The position numbers were made by a program, and so were the translations under genes. A DNA stretch of 64,000 bases, from positions 1 through 64,000 of IMG/VR virus record IMGVR_UViG_3300021514_000002; one strand, given 5' to 3'. Below the pieces are notes generated by a model. The model was not told the origin of the DNA. It worked only from the letters and a program-made list of their open reading frames with translations, and searched no databases. Shown piece by piece: positions 1 through 8,066 of the stretch. Each line of letters begins with the position of its first letter. Position 1 is the first letter of the stretch. This DNA comes from a virus (lineage: Duplodnaviria; Caudoviricetes).

Positions 1-12
1 CAGATTTATGAC

Positions 13-255
13 ATGGAAGCAGCGGAAAAAGAAAAATCGGAACAAGAAAAAGAAACGCAACAATTAGCGAAGCTTGCAAGATTCCAACATCAAAAAGCAC
101 AAGATGCTGAAGTAAAATTATCAATGGAAGGCAAAGAAGAAGCTAAGAATGATGATGGTCAGCCTTGGAAGATAAATGATGCAGATGATGATGATGACGA
201 ATTGACATTAAAAGAACTATCTACTTTAATAATGCGCAATCTAGGACATAACTAA
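13..255 (+). CDS. Hypothetical protein, probably 5'-truncated by the window edge
   Basis: Frame is open from position 1; TAATG overlap with next gene. Confidence 0.7.
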   Translation: MEAAEKEKSEQEKETQQLAKLARFQHQKAQDAEVKLSMEGKEEAKNDDGQPWKINDADDDDDELTLKELSTLIMRNLGHN

Positions 256-557
256 TGAGCAAGCAAACTTTCAGAGAATACTTAATTGAATTAATGGTTA
301 GCGATGATCCAGCACAGGCTATACAAGACGTTAAACAAGCAGCCCGTAGTCCAGACAGATATAAAAAGCAACAAAGAGCACAAACTGTGGATGTACAAAA
401 AGAAATCCAGAAAGATCCAAACGATCCTCTTAAATCAGACAAACTTCGTCTTGCGAAGATGAAACAACAGATATCGTCACAAGAATCGCGTTTAACACGA
501 AAAGAAAAACAAATGGCTAGGCGTGCAGGTGTTGCACCAGAAGAAGGAAGGGTATAA
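255..557 (+). CDS. Hypothetical protein
   Basis: Coupled ORF with TAATG overlaps at both ends. Confidence 0.75.
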   Translation: MSKQTFREYLIELMVSDDPAQAIQDVKQAARSPDRYKKQQRAQTVDVQKEIQKDPNDPLKSDKLRLAKMKQQISSQESRLTRKEKQMARRAGVAPEEGRV

Positions 558-898
558 TGAAAGTTGATGAAATATTATTTAATTATGTATGTGAATTTGA
601 AGAAGTTCATGTTAACGAAGATGACGAAATACTTTCAGAAGCTGCTATTAGACAATGGAAACGCAGTGGTGCAAAAATGGTGCAAAAATATCGGTGCTTA
701 TCGGGGTCAAAGAAAAATAGATTAGTATCTAGTCCAGGTGACTGTGCAGTCCGTAAAGATCCTAAAAAAGTGAGACATGGACGCAAGGTTATGCGTGCTA
801 AGAAAGGCATGATAATGCGTAAATCAAAAATCGCCAAGAGAAAATCTATTAGTAAAATTCTTACTAAATTGAATGCAAGACTTATGGGAAAAGTATAA
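557..898 (+). CDS. Basic hypothetical protein
   Basis: SD-like GGAAGG upstream, coupled to previous ORF, K/R-rich C-terminus. Confidence 0.75.
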   Translation: MKVDEILFNYVCEFEEVHVNEDDEILSEAAIRQWKRSGAKMVQKYRCLSGSKKNRLVSSPGDCAVRKDPKKVRHGRKVMRAKKGMIMRKSKIAKRKSISKILTKLNARLMGKV

Positions 899-904
899 TA
901 CTAT

Positions 905-1336
905 ATGAAAAGAAAGATACTTATAATGGGATTACCCGGCTCAGGTAAAACTACTCTTTCAAATGCAATCAAAGATATTCTTGGTAATATAATTACTTGG
1001 AATGCGGATGAAGTCCGTAATACAATCAACAAACATCTCACTTTTACATTAGAAGATAGAATAAAACAAGCCAAAACAATGAAATGGCTTTCGGATAAGG
1101 TGGTGGAAACCAAACATTTCTGTATCGTTGATTTTATTTGCCCAACCCCAGAAACCCGTGAAGCGTTTGATTATGAAAGTGCTTATGTTATTTGGGTTGA
1201 TAGAATTGATGCAGGACGTTTTGATGATACTAATCAGATGTTCATACCACCAGAATATTATGATATTCGTGTTATAGATGATGGAAGAAGTGCAGCGTTA
1301 TGGGCAGAGGAAATCGTTGTCCCATTTTATGATTAG
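905..1336 (+). CDS. Adenylylsulfate-kinase-like P-loop kinase
   Basis: GLPGSGKTT Walker A; NADEVR and VDFICPT segments. Confidence 0.75.
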   Translation: MKRKILIMGLPGSGKTTLSNAIKDILGNIITWNADEVRNTINKHLTFTLEDRIKQAKTMKWLSDKVVETKHFCIVDFICPTPETREAFDYESAYVIWVDRIDAGRFDDTNQMFIPPEYYDIRVIDDGRSAALWAEEIVVPFYD

Positions 1337-2016
1337 TCATCCTGTATTTTAGAATAATAATCTTGAAAAATTTCCTTAGTTCTAAGTACTGACTTCCATG
1401 GAATCTCTTTTGTATCAAAATCTTCACAGAGTTGCATCATTTCAGACGTAGCAAAATATGCTTGTATTTCATCAAAAATAACATGATCAGTATATCCCTT
1501 ACCAACAAGACCTTCATGTAGTAATTCTCTGGATTTATTAGGCATATTTGTAATTACGTTTAACATCTTATTTTTGTATTCTGTATTTAGATAATATAAC
1601 CCATGTGCAACTTCGTGTTCTAGTACACTTTTGCCTTCTTCATCGTCATCATAAGATGCAATTAAATAAAATTTGGTATTGGTTATTCCTGCTTCTTCTT
1701 TTGCTTCTGCTAATAATTTTTTTAGATGAAGTTCTTTCGTCAACAAATTACCTTCAAATACTTTAAAAAACTTATCAACTATGTGTCCTGGGACATTAAA
1801 ACCAGACCAATCAATGGTATATGTGAAATTCCCCATCGTATTAGCGTATTGATCCATGTAATCTTCGACTTCAAAATACTTACCCCTAATACTCTTATTT
1901 GGTGATTCGTAAAATTCCTACAGCCGCATCATTGATGATGTTATTTCGTATTGGGTATTAAAATGAAAATGAATTAAATGTGGAAAGATTTCCTTTGTTG
2001 TTATTTTAAATGTCAC
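1333..2016 (-). CDS. HExxH-motif protein with in-frame TAG at codon 33
   Basis: GGAG SD plus GTG at 2016, in frame with ORF 1333-1857; only break is TAG at 1918-1920; EHEVAH motif. Confidence 0.65.
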
Positions 2017-2132
2017 TACTCTTCTCCAAAATTTTCTGCGTAATGAAACTTTAAATTATCGCCTTCCCTTATAGCTAAGAAATAGTGATTGCCCGCTTTA
2101 TCTGTTTCCCTACCTTCAAATACTTTTTTCAT
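2016..2132 (-). CDS. Small hypothetical protein (38 aa) ending TAG-TGA
   Basis: MKKVFEGRETDKAGNHYFLAIREGDNLKFHYAENFGEE; the second stop overlaps the next GTG. Confidence 0.55.
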   Translation of the reverse strand: MKKVFEGRETDKAGNHYFLAIREGDNLKFHYAENFGEE

Positions 2133-2170
2133 TTTTTAACCATTCAACATCGTGACTGATGTTCTAATTC

Positions 2171-2246
2171 TGAAGCAGGAGCGGGATTCGAACCTGCGAC
2201 CTTGTGGTTATGAGCCACACGAGCTGACCAACTGCTCTATCCTGCT
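2171..2246 (-). tRNA. tRNA-Met(CAT), fMet-like body
   Basis: Cloverleaf; TGTGG-CTCATAA-CCACA; 3' end TCA rather than CCA. Confidence 0.85.
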
Positions 2247-2251
2247 ATATT

Positions 2252-2336
2252 TGGCGGCGGGTGACGGACTTGAACCGCCCTTTGTCGTTACCGAAGGCGC
2301 GACCTCCTACGACAGCACATCAATGCTATACCAACC
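2252..2336 (-). ncRNA. tRNA-shaped RNA whose anticodon loop is replaced by a 20-nt insert
   Basis: Acceptor, D and T arms and CCA present; GTCGT/ACGAC stem encloses AGGAGGTCGCGCCTTCGGTA. Confidence 0.6.
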
Positions 2337-2343
2337 ATTTGTT

Positions 2344-2433
2344 TGGAAGCGACGGTAGGATTCGAACCCACGAACTCGTTAGAGCGTACAGGGTTATGAG
2401 CCCTGGGAGATGACCTGACTTCTCGACGTCGCA
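2344..2433 (-). tRNA. tRNA-Met(CAT), initiator-type, with long variable arm
   Basis: CAGGG-CTCATAA-CCCTG; U1:U72 mismatch; 17-nt variable region; CCA. Confidence 0.85.
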
Positions 2434-2443
2434 ATTGTTCCGT

Positions 2444-3187
2444 TTACTTCTTTTCGTTTGTAATATCTGGCACAACATCTGCACCAACTTCACCTGTTTC
2501 TGATAGTACGTCTGCATTCGCTTGAATGTAAGCAGATTTTGATTTAAGTGCGAAAGATTTAGGTCCGCTGCGTAATCCGGTTGTGTATGCAGAAGCTACC
2601 GCGTTTGCATGTGTTGCACCTGCACCATTATCGACAAATGATACAGTTGAATCGGCATCAAACCCATATGATTGTCCAACTTTAATCGCATCTTGCCCTG
2701 CAGCCAAGAACATGAATTCCCAACCTTCTTCTTTGCGTTCGTTAATTAATGTATTGACTTTATCGCGCTTCCATTCCTTGCTTGAATTTTCATGACCATC
2801 TGTCATCACTACAACGATAGTTTTGCCATCTTCCGCTTTATATTTTAGGTTATCGGATACCACTGTTCCAATCGCATCGAGTAACGCAGTCATGCCGCGT
2901 GGATTAAGTTCATATTCAACAGCTTCGTTAATATCTATGCGGTCGCATACAACATTAATGTAGTTATCGAATTCAACGATTGTTAAGTTAGCTTTACCAA
3001 CTTTTTTCTGTTCTTCGATAAAGGCATTAAGGCCGCCTTGCGCTTCCACTTGCATGGAACCCATTGAACCTGAACGATCAACGATACAAATGATTTCGTC
3101 CGTACCGTTGGACGTAATTCCTGCGTCATTTAGTTTATCTTTGATTTTATCTTTTAAAAGTTCATCTAATACTTTTTCATCTGACAT
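2444..3187 (-). CDS. von Willebrand factor A domain protein
   Basis: MIDAS DRSGSM, T-ALLDAIG and MTDG motifs. Confidence 0.85.
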   Translation of the reverse strand: MSDEKVLDELLKDKIKDKLNDAGITSNGTDEIICIVDRSGSMGSMQVEAQGGLNAFIEEQKKVGKANLTIVEFDNYINVVCDRIDINEAVEYELNPRGMTALLDAIGTVVSDNLKYKAEDGKTIVVVMTDGHENSSKEWKRDKVNTLINERKEEGWEFMFLAAGQDAIKVGQSYGFDADSTVSFVDNGAGATHANAVASAYTTGLRSGPKSFALKSKSAYIQANADVLSETGEVGADVVPDITNEKK

Positions 3188-3215
3188 TATTAATTTTCTC
3201 CTATCTTATATTGAT

Positions 3216-3244
3216 ATATTATCATACCTTTATATGTATGTCAA
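3216..3244 (-). promoter_or_regulatory. sigma70-like promoter
   Basis: TTGACA-N17-TAATAT upstream of the VWA gene. Confidence 0.6.
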
Positions 3245-3276
3245 TAAAAGATAGGATACCTATAATTAGGTTTAAT

Positions 3277-3353
3277 TGGTGGGCCGCCTTGGACTCGAAC
3301 CAAGATCTTATGAATTATGAGTTCACAGCATTAACCAGTTATGCTAACGGCCC
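3277..3353 (-). tRNA. tRNA-Ile2(CAT), lysidine type (reads AUA)
   Basis: GTGAA-CTCATAA-TTCAT; GGGCCG acceptor and A73 resemble Ile2 bodies. Confidence 0.8.
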
Positions 3354-3456
3354 GCGCGATACTTGGGATATAAATACAACATTATACATATATTACAGGA
3401 AAAGTCAAGATGATGATACAGAATGATAAAGATAAAAAATAGGCTCGGGTATTTTA

Positions 3457-3840
3457 ATGCCACAACTACAATATCGGTGGAGACTTGTAATTACTAATAG
3501 TGTACCATTGATAGACGAAATAAAACAACTTCTTATAAGCCAAATAACTGCTCTAAAATTTAATTACCATTTACAGATTTTGGAAATGTTAGTAGAACAA
3601 AATGGAAATAATTTACACCTACATACCTTGGTTAAACAATTAAGCAAACTATCAAAGATTAATGATTATGATAAAATTTCATTTATTGTTGAACAATTGG
3701 ATGGTAATGCGGAAGTATTGGGAAGATTTATGTTTAATGGATGTAAGTTATTAGACCATTGTTATGCTTTGGATTATGCAGCCCGTGGAGCTTGTACACA
3801 CGAACTTAAATTTTCTTTCAAGGAAACGAAAGAAATCTAA
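3457..3840 (+). CDS. Hypothetical protein
   Basis: 127-aa ORF; TATAAATA late-promoter motif at 3369-3376. Confidence 0.6.
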   Translation: MPQLQYRWRLVITNSVPLIDEIKQLLISQITALKFNYHLQILEMLVEQNGNNLHLHTLVKQLSKLSKINDYDKISFIVEQLDGNAEVLGRFMFNGCKLLDHCYALDYAARGACTHELKFSFKETKEI

Positions 3841-3897
3841 TTTGGTGGGTTTGACATTTCCGCTCTAATTGCGTGGTGTGAGTGACCCATTATTAAT

Positions 3898-4060
3898 TTA
3901 AGGTTGGCGTCCACCGGATTCTTTAATCTGGTTCCTTTTAAGGCAGTTTGCGGTACGATTTAACGTAGTTGCATAAGGGTAACTTTTAAAACAACACCCT
4001 CTTCATTTATATACCGCACCATTCACCATTACCAATTACCAGCATCGCGCTAGACCTTAA
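3898..4060 (-). ncRNA. Rod-shaped structured RNA with central bubble (6S-like candidate)
   Basis: Nested stems TTAAGGT/ACCTTAA, CTGGT/ACCAG, GCGGTA/TACCGC, AGGGT/ACCCT. Confidence 0.45.
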
Positions 4061-4064
4061 AAAT

Positions 4065-4140
4065 TGGTACCCCTGACAGGACTCGAACCCGCATTGTTAG
4101 GCTTAGAAGGCCGACCGTTATCCAGTTGACTTACAGGGGC
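4065..4140 (-). tRNA. tRNA-Arg(TCT)
   Basis: Loop CTTCTAA, TTCGAGT T-loop, CCA. Confidence 0.9.
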
Positions 4141-4165
4141 ATTGTTTGATTGATATACTATAACA

Positions 4166-4462
4166 CTATTTTACAGGTTTTACAACTGTTACAACGCAAC
4201 TTCCTGTCCATTTTTTTAATTTAGTTTTATAGTATTCAGAATTTGGCTTTTCCGTAAGCTTACTCGTATAGTATTTTAATTTTCTATCACATCTGGCTTG
4301 TCTTTCTTTGACTAAGGTCGTTCTCGTTTTAACTTGAACAGCATCTTTCCAGCTGTCATTGACCCAATTACCTGCATTTTCTTGTTGTAGTATGCGCCCA
4401 AGATCCCCAGCTATGACAGGAACTGACATCATTAGCAAAAATATAGTTATTATTTTTCCCAT
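4166..4462 (-). CDS. Secreted hypothetical protein
   Basis: Hydrophobic N-terminal signal-like segment. Confidence 0.7.
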   Translation of the reverse strand: MGKIITIFLLMMSVPVIAGDLGRILQQENAGNWVNDSWKDAVQVKTRTTLVKERQARCDRKLKYYTSKLTEKPNSEYYKTKLKKWTGSCVVTVVKPVK

Positions 4463-4815
4463 TTTTCTTTTGCCTCTTCAAGTTGATCTTTTAATAACTC
4501 TAATTGTCTATTTAAGTATATTGGTACGTGTTTCCTCGCTCGCGTAAAGACAGCAATTTCGTCTTGGACGCCAATAATACGAAACTGAATATCATCAATC
4601 AAAAAACTACTGATTGCCCTTTCTGTTTTTTTAAGTTCTGTAGTTATCAACACGGCTGATTGTGTTACTGAACCCTTTACTAAATTATCGACTTTATCCC
4701 AATAATACTCTGATAACTGTGTCATGGATACGGCAAAAGCTGCCATTGATGCAAATGCACCGATGATTTTCCATACCCATGGTTTGGTCTCCTTAAGTGT
4801 TTTTTGCAATCCCAT
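4450..4815 (-). CDS. Membrane-anchored coiled-coil hypothetical protein
   Basis: One N-terminal hydrophobic helix; heptad-like C-terminus. Confidence 0.7.
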   Translation of the reverse strand: MGLQKTLKETKPWVWKIIGAFASMAAFAVSMTQLSEYYWDKVDNLVKGSVTQSAVLITTELKKTERAISSFLIDDIQFRIIGVQDEIAVFTRARKHVPIYLNRQLELLKDQLEEAKEKWEK

Positions 4816-4864
4816 TTACTTATCTCCATATATGTAACCATATTTATGAAGATCGCCAGAATTT

Positions 4865-4940
4865 TGGAGCGGATACGGGGATTCGAACCCCGAACTTCGA
4901 CTTGGAAGGACGCTATGTTACCGTTAAACACCATACCCGC
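4865..4940 (-). tRNA. tRNA-Gly(TCC)
   Basis: GCGGGTA acceptor, loop CTTCCAA, CCA. Confidence 0.9.
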
Positions 4941-4949
4941 TTAATTTGA

Positions 4950-5126
4950 TTATATTTCTTCTAATTCATACATATAACATTCTATCTGAACTTTGCTTTT
5001 GTCTAGTTCCACGATAATATATTCACCATCCCGTGAAATGGTTATCCCAATTTTATCATTTTCAAAATCTGGTCCTAGATTACGCAGTACCTTCACAGTT
5101 TCATTGATGTTAGGATATCTGTTCAT
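4950..5126 (-). CDS. Small hypothetical protein (58 aa)
   Basis: Uninterrupted ATG-TAA ORF filling the gap between two tRNAs. Confidence 0.55.
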   Translation of the reverse strand: MNRYPNINETVKVLRNLGPDFENDKIGITISRDGEYIIVELDKSKVQIECYMYELEEI

Positions 5127-5149
5127 ATATGTATATATTCCTAATAATT

Positions 5150-5225
5150 TGGTGGTGATACAAGGATTTGAACCTTGAACTCAAGCTTATGAGACTTGCG
5201 TGTTAGCCATTTACACCATATCACC
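5150..5225 (-). tRNA. tRNA-Met(CAT), elongator-type
   Basis: CAAGT-CTCATAA-GCTTG, CCA. Confidence 0.85.
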
Positions 5226-5642
5226 AAAACTTGTTTTAAGTGTTATCACACCATAATGAACTTTGGTATGACAATTCCCGCATAATACTGCGCATTTTTT
5301 AGATTCTTCCATCAATTTATCCCAAGTTAATTCATCGCGTTTTTCAGACAAACTAAATTCTTTTTCGCTTTGAATAAGGTGATGAAATTCTAAACACGGA
5401 CCAAAATCTTCATTACATACCGAACATTTTAATGTAGATTTGTACTGATTCCATCTTTTTCTACGTTGTTTTTTGCCTGTGCTCGCCTGTTGCTTAACAA
5501 AATCTTTATTATTTTTATAATATTTTGCTTGTTCAATCTTCCTGCATTTTTTACATGATTTTTGGTAGCCATCTTTTGTTGCCTTTGATTTGCTAAAGGC
5601 TTCAAATGGTTTTTTAATTTTACATTTCCCGCATTTTTTCAT
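5211..5642 (-). mobile_element. HNH homing endonuclease-like gene
   Basis: CxxC pairs, LEFHH and LCGNCHTKVH; SD inside a hairpin around a late promoter. Confidence 0.75.
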
Positions 5643-5681
5643 TTTAATCTCCAATTAGTATTTATCATTGGAGATTTTATT

Positions 5682-5768
5682 TGGCAGGTCGTGAGGGATT
5701 CGAACCCCCAATATCCTTACGGAAGCTGGTTTTGGAGACCAGTGCGATGCCAGTTACGCGAACGACCC
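5682..5768 (-). tRNA. tRNA-Trp(CCA) with long variable arm
   Basis: CTGGT-CTCCAAA-ACCAG followed by a 16-nt variable region with TCC-GTAA-GGA hairpin. Confidence 0.85.
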
Positions 5769-5775
5769 ATTAATA

Positions 5776-6906
5776 CTAAATTAACGATGAATAATTAATA
5801 AACGTCGAAGAAATAGCTTTTGTTATAACTCTATACTTTTCAGTTTCGTAAACTTCTTTTCCTTTCTGTTCAAACGCCAAGTCTGTTTCCCTGATATGAA
5901 ATTCATCATAATTTTCTTCATCATCGTTTTCAGTCGTGGCTCTAACTTTATTTGATGATACGTTACCTTTACTATGTGATTTTAATTTAATATGAATATA
6001 ATCATATCTGTCTGGTTTTGAGATAAAAGGCAAATCTGCCAATTCGCGTTCTTCGCCTGTAGCAATTTCAATAACTTTTAAGATTTCAAGTTTTGGTCCT
6101 GCATCTTCACGCACATCAATATTCAAGTCCTGTGTGATTTCTTCAACATCACTACCAAAACGCAAATGTTCTTCAACGATAGATTGAAGCATATCAAAAC
6201 TGAAAATTCTTGAACGTCGCGACAAATCAACCACATCTCGTGTAACTTCCTTATCAATTCTGAAGTCATTACAATAATCATTTATGCTTTTTTCGTCTAA
6301 CTTATGATAACGAAAATGATAATAAACACGACTTGGACGATTTAAGATAAACTCATTAATATCAAACTCCCGATTTTCGGATAGGATAATAAGGCGTTTG
6401 GTTTTATCAACGCCGTCCATTAAAGATAGTAGTGCTGTCTGTGAAACACTCCCTTCTTCATCGTAGTTTGCACCCGAAGAATACACCTTACCAAACTCAT
6501 CAAACATTAAACAACATTCGCCGATTGTTTCAATGAATGAAGTAAACTGTGTTCCAGTAAAAGCTTCTTTTATTAAGAGAACTGGCATATCTAAAGTGTT
6601 GATCACTTCATTTGCAAGCATAGACATCAACAAACTTTTTCCTGTTCCCTTATCACCAGTTAACAGAATGCCTGTGGATGCAGAACGATCCCTGTACACT
6701 GTTAAACATTTGTTAACACGTGATTCAACTGTGCCATAAATTTTTGATGGAACCACTAGTTTGTTTTTAGTGATTTCCAAATAAAATCCCGTAAGTTGAT
6801 TAAAACGAACAGTATAAACACCTGCAGGTAGTTTATCCAATGCAACTTCTTCGTTCATTTTAAAAACGTGAACGCTTGAACCGTCTATTATGTATTTTAC
6901 AGTCAT
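5776..6906 (-). CDS. AAA+ ATPase
   Basis: GDKGTGKS Walker A; LMFDEF Walker B; NRPSR arginine finger. Confidence 0.85.
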   Translation of the reverse strand: MTVKYIIDGSSVHVFKMNEEVALDKLPAGVYTVRFNQLTGFYLEITKNKLVVPSKIYGTVESRVNKCLTVYRDRSASTGILLTGDKGTGKSLLMSMLANEVINTLDMPVLLIKEAFTGTQFTSFIETIGECCLMFDEFGKVYSSGANYDEEGSVSQTALLSLMDGVDKTKRLIILSENREFDINEFILNRPSRVYYHFRYHKLDEKSINDYCNDFRIDKEVTRDVVDLSRRSRIFSFDMLQSIVEEHLRFGSDVEEITQDLNIDVREDAGPKLEILKVIEIATGEERELADLPFISKPDRYDYIHIKLKSHSKGNVSSNKVRATTENDDEENYDEFHIRETDLAFEQKGKEVYETEKYRVITKAISSTFINYSSLI

Positions 6907-6924
6907 GTTATTTCCTATATGTTA

Positions 6925-7347
6925 TCAATACCAAGTTCTACCAACTGTCAAGTGTAATTTCCAATTAGATGGAAATCTAAATTCTTCACGAATCTCTTTT
7001 AACATTGGGCAATCGATTTCGACAAACCAATAATGGTCTGGACGATCCCCGCCTGTGGTATCACCGCTTTGACGGACATGATGTTTGTATTTAAACTTAA
7101 TCTTCTGTCCATCATATTTTTTCCAAAGATGCATAAGCTCTTGAGGTGGTCGTTCACCGCGAATGATTGAAATGTGCGCATCCCAAGAAGGCATACATAG
7201 ATCAATCCATTTTTCTTTTTTCACCCACCAACGATAGTAGCGTGTGATTTCTCTATCAACTTTAACGATAGCCCACCAGTCAGTTTTACGTTTCATTCCT
7301 GGTCGTGGCGGATCGTATTTGATAATACCAGTACCTTCGTGCCACAT
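6925..7347 (-). CDS. 2H phosphoesterase (cyclic phosphodiesterase-like)
   Basis: Two HxS/T motifs: AHISII and LHLTVG. Confidence 0.65.
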   Translation of the reverse strand: MWHEGTGIIKYDPPRPGMKRKTDWWAIVKVDREITRYYRWWVKKEKWIDLCMPSWDAHISIIRGERPPQELMHLWKKYDGQKIKFKYKHHVRQSGDTTGGDRPDHYWFVEIDCPMLKEIREEFRFPSNWKLHLTVGRTWY

Positions 7348-7394
7348 AATTCACCGTCCGTCTATTACATAATAAAAATCTAAATTTCCTAACT

Positions 7395-7502
7395 TAGTGG
7401 AGCAGTATAGGATTCAAACCTACAAACATTGCGATCAACAATGCACCCCATAACGTGGGGGCGAACTCATCATGACCTACGGCGGTCTTGTTCAGCTACT
7501 CC
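7395..7502 (-). ncRNA. Expanded tRNA-like RNA
   Basis: GGAGTAG/CTGCTCC acceptor and T-arm enclosing three hairpin domains; ends ACTA. Confidence 0.55.
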
Positions 7503-7967
7503 AGTGATTTCCAATAAATCATAAAACGGTTTTATTAATGCGCTACGTATGCGACTTACAATATGTGTTCTAAATACGACTACGCTGCATTTTAAATTTG
7601 GACTATATAGTTTATTAATAGCCATCGCGGAATATGGTGCTTTTTTCCCAGGATCATAGCATTTATAACCATCCCACGCTAATGCATGTCCATTTTTACC
7701 ATTATATAGTAGTATTAGGGCTTTATTAAATTTTGTTGCTAAGGTTAGGGAATTAATATCATCGCGCATGTACGTATCGAATCCAATTTTCACAAGCGTA
7801 TTACATACTGTTTCCGAATCAATAGTAGAACCTTTGCCTTTACTCGGCTTATACCCGAAATGTTTTTTACAGAAATTTTTTATTTTGCTGTAATCATTGT
7901 TATTATTTAACATAAACAATGCTGCGGGTACACAACCGTAACAATTTTTCTGTGGTATCAATTTCAT
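7470..7967 (-). CDS. Papain-fold (C39-like) cysteine peptidase candidate
   Basis: Q..CYGC near N-terminus; GHALAWDG..YDP His-Asp segment. Confidence 0.55.
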   Translation of the reverse strand: MKLIPQKNCYGCVPAALFMLNNNNDYSKIKNFCKKHFGYKPSKGKGSTIDSETVCNTLVKIGFDTYMRDDINSLTLATKFNKALILLYNGKNGHALAWDGYKCYDPGKKAPYSAMAINKLYSPNLKCSVVVFRTHIVSRIRSALIKPFYDLLEITGVAEQDRRRS

Positions 7968-7985
7968 TTTAATATCTGTTTAATT

Positions 7986-8064
7986 TGGAGCACATGGTCG
8001 GATTCGAACCGACGATAAATCTAGTTTTGCAGACTAGCGCCTTCGACCGCTCAGCCACATGTGC
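7986..8064 (-). tRNA. tRNA-Cys(GCA)
   Basis: CTAGT-CTGCAAA-ACTAG, U73, CCA. Confidence 0.9.
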
Positions 8065-8066
8065 AT

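Noticed and set aside
3843-4060. tmRNA (ends CCACCA)
   Set aside because: No GGGGxxG..TTCGA 5' end, no T arm and no tag ORF.
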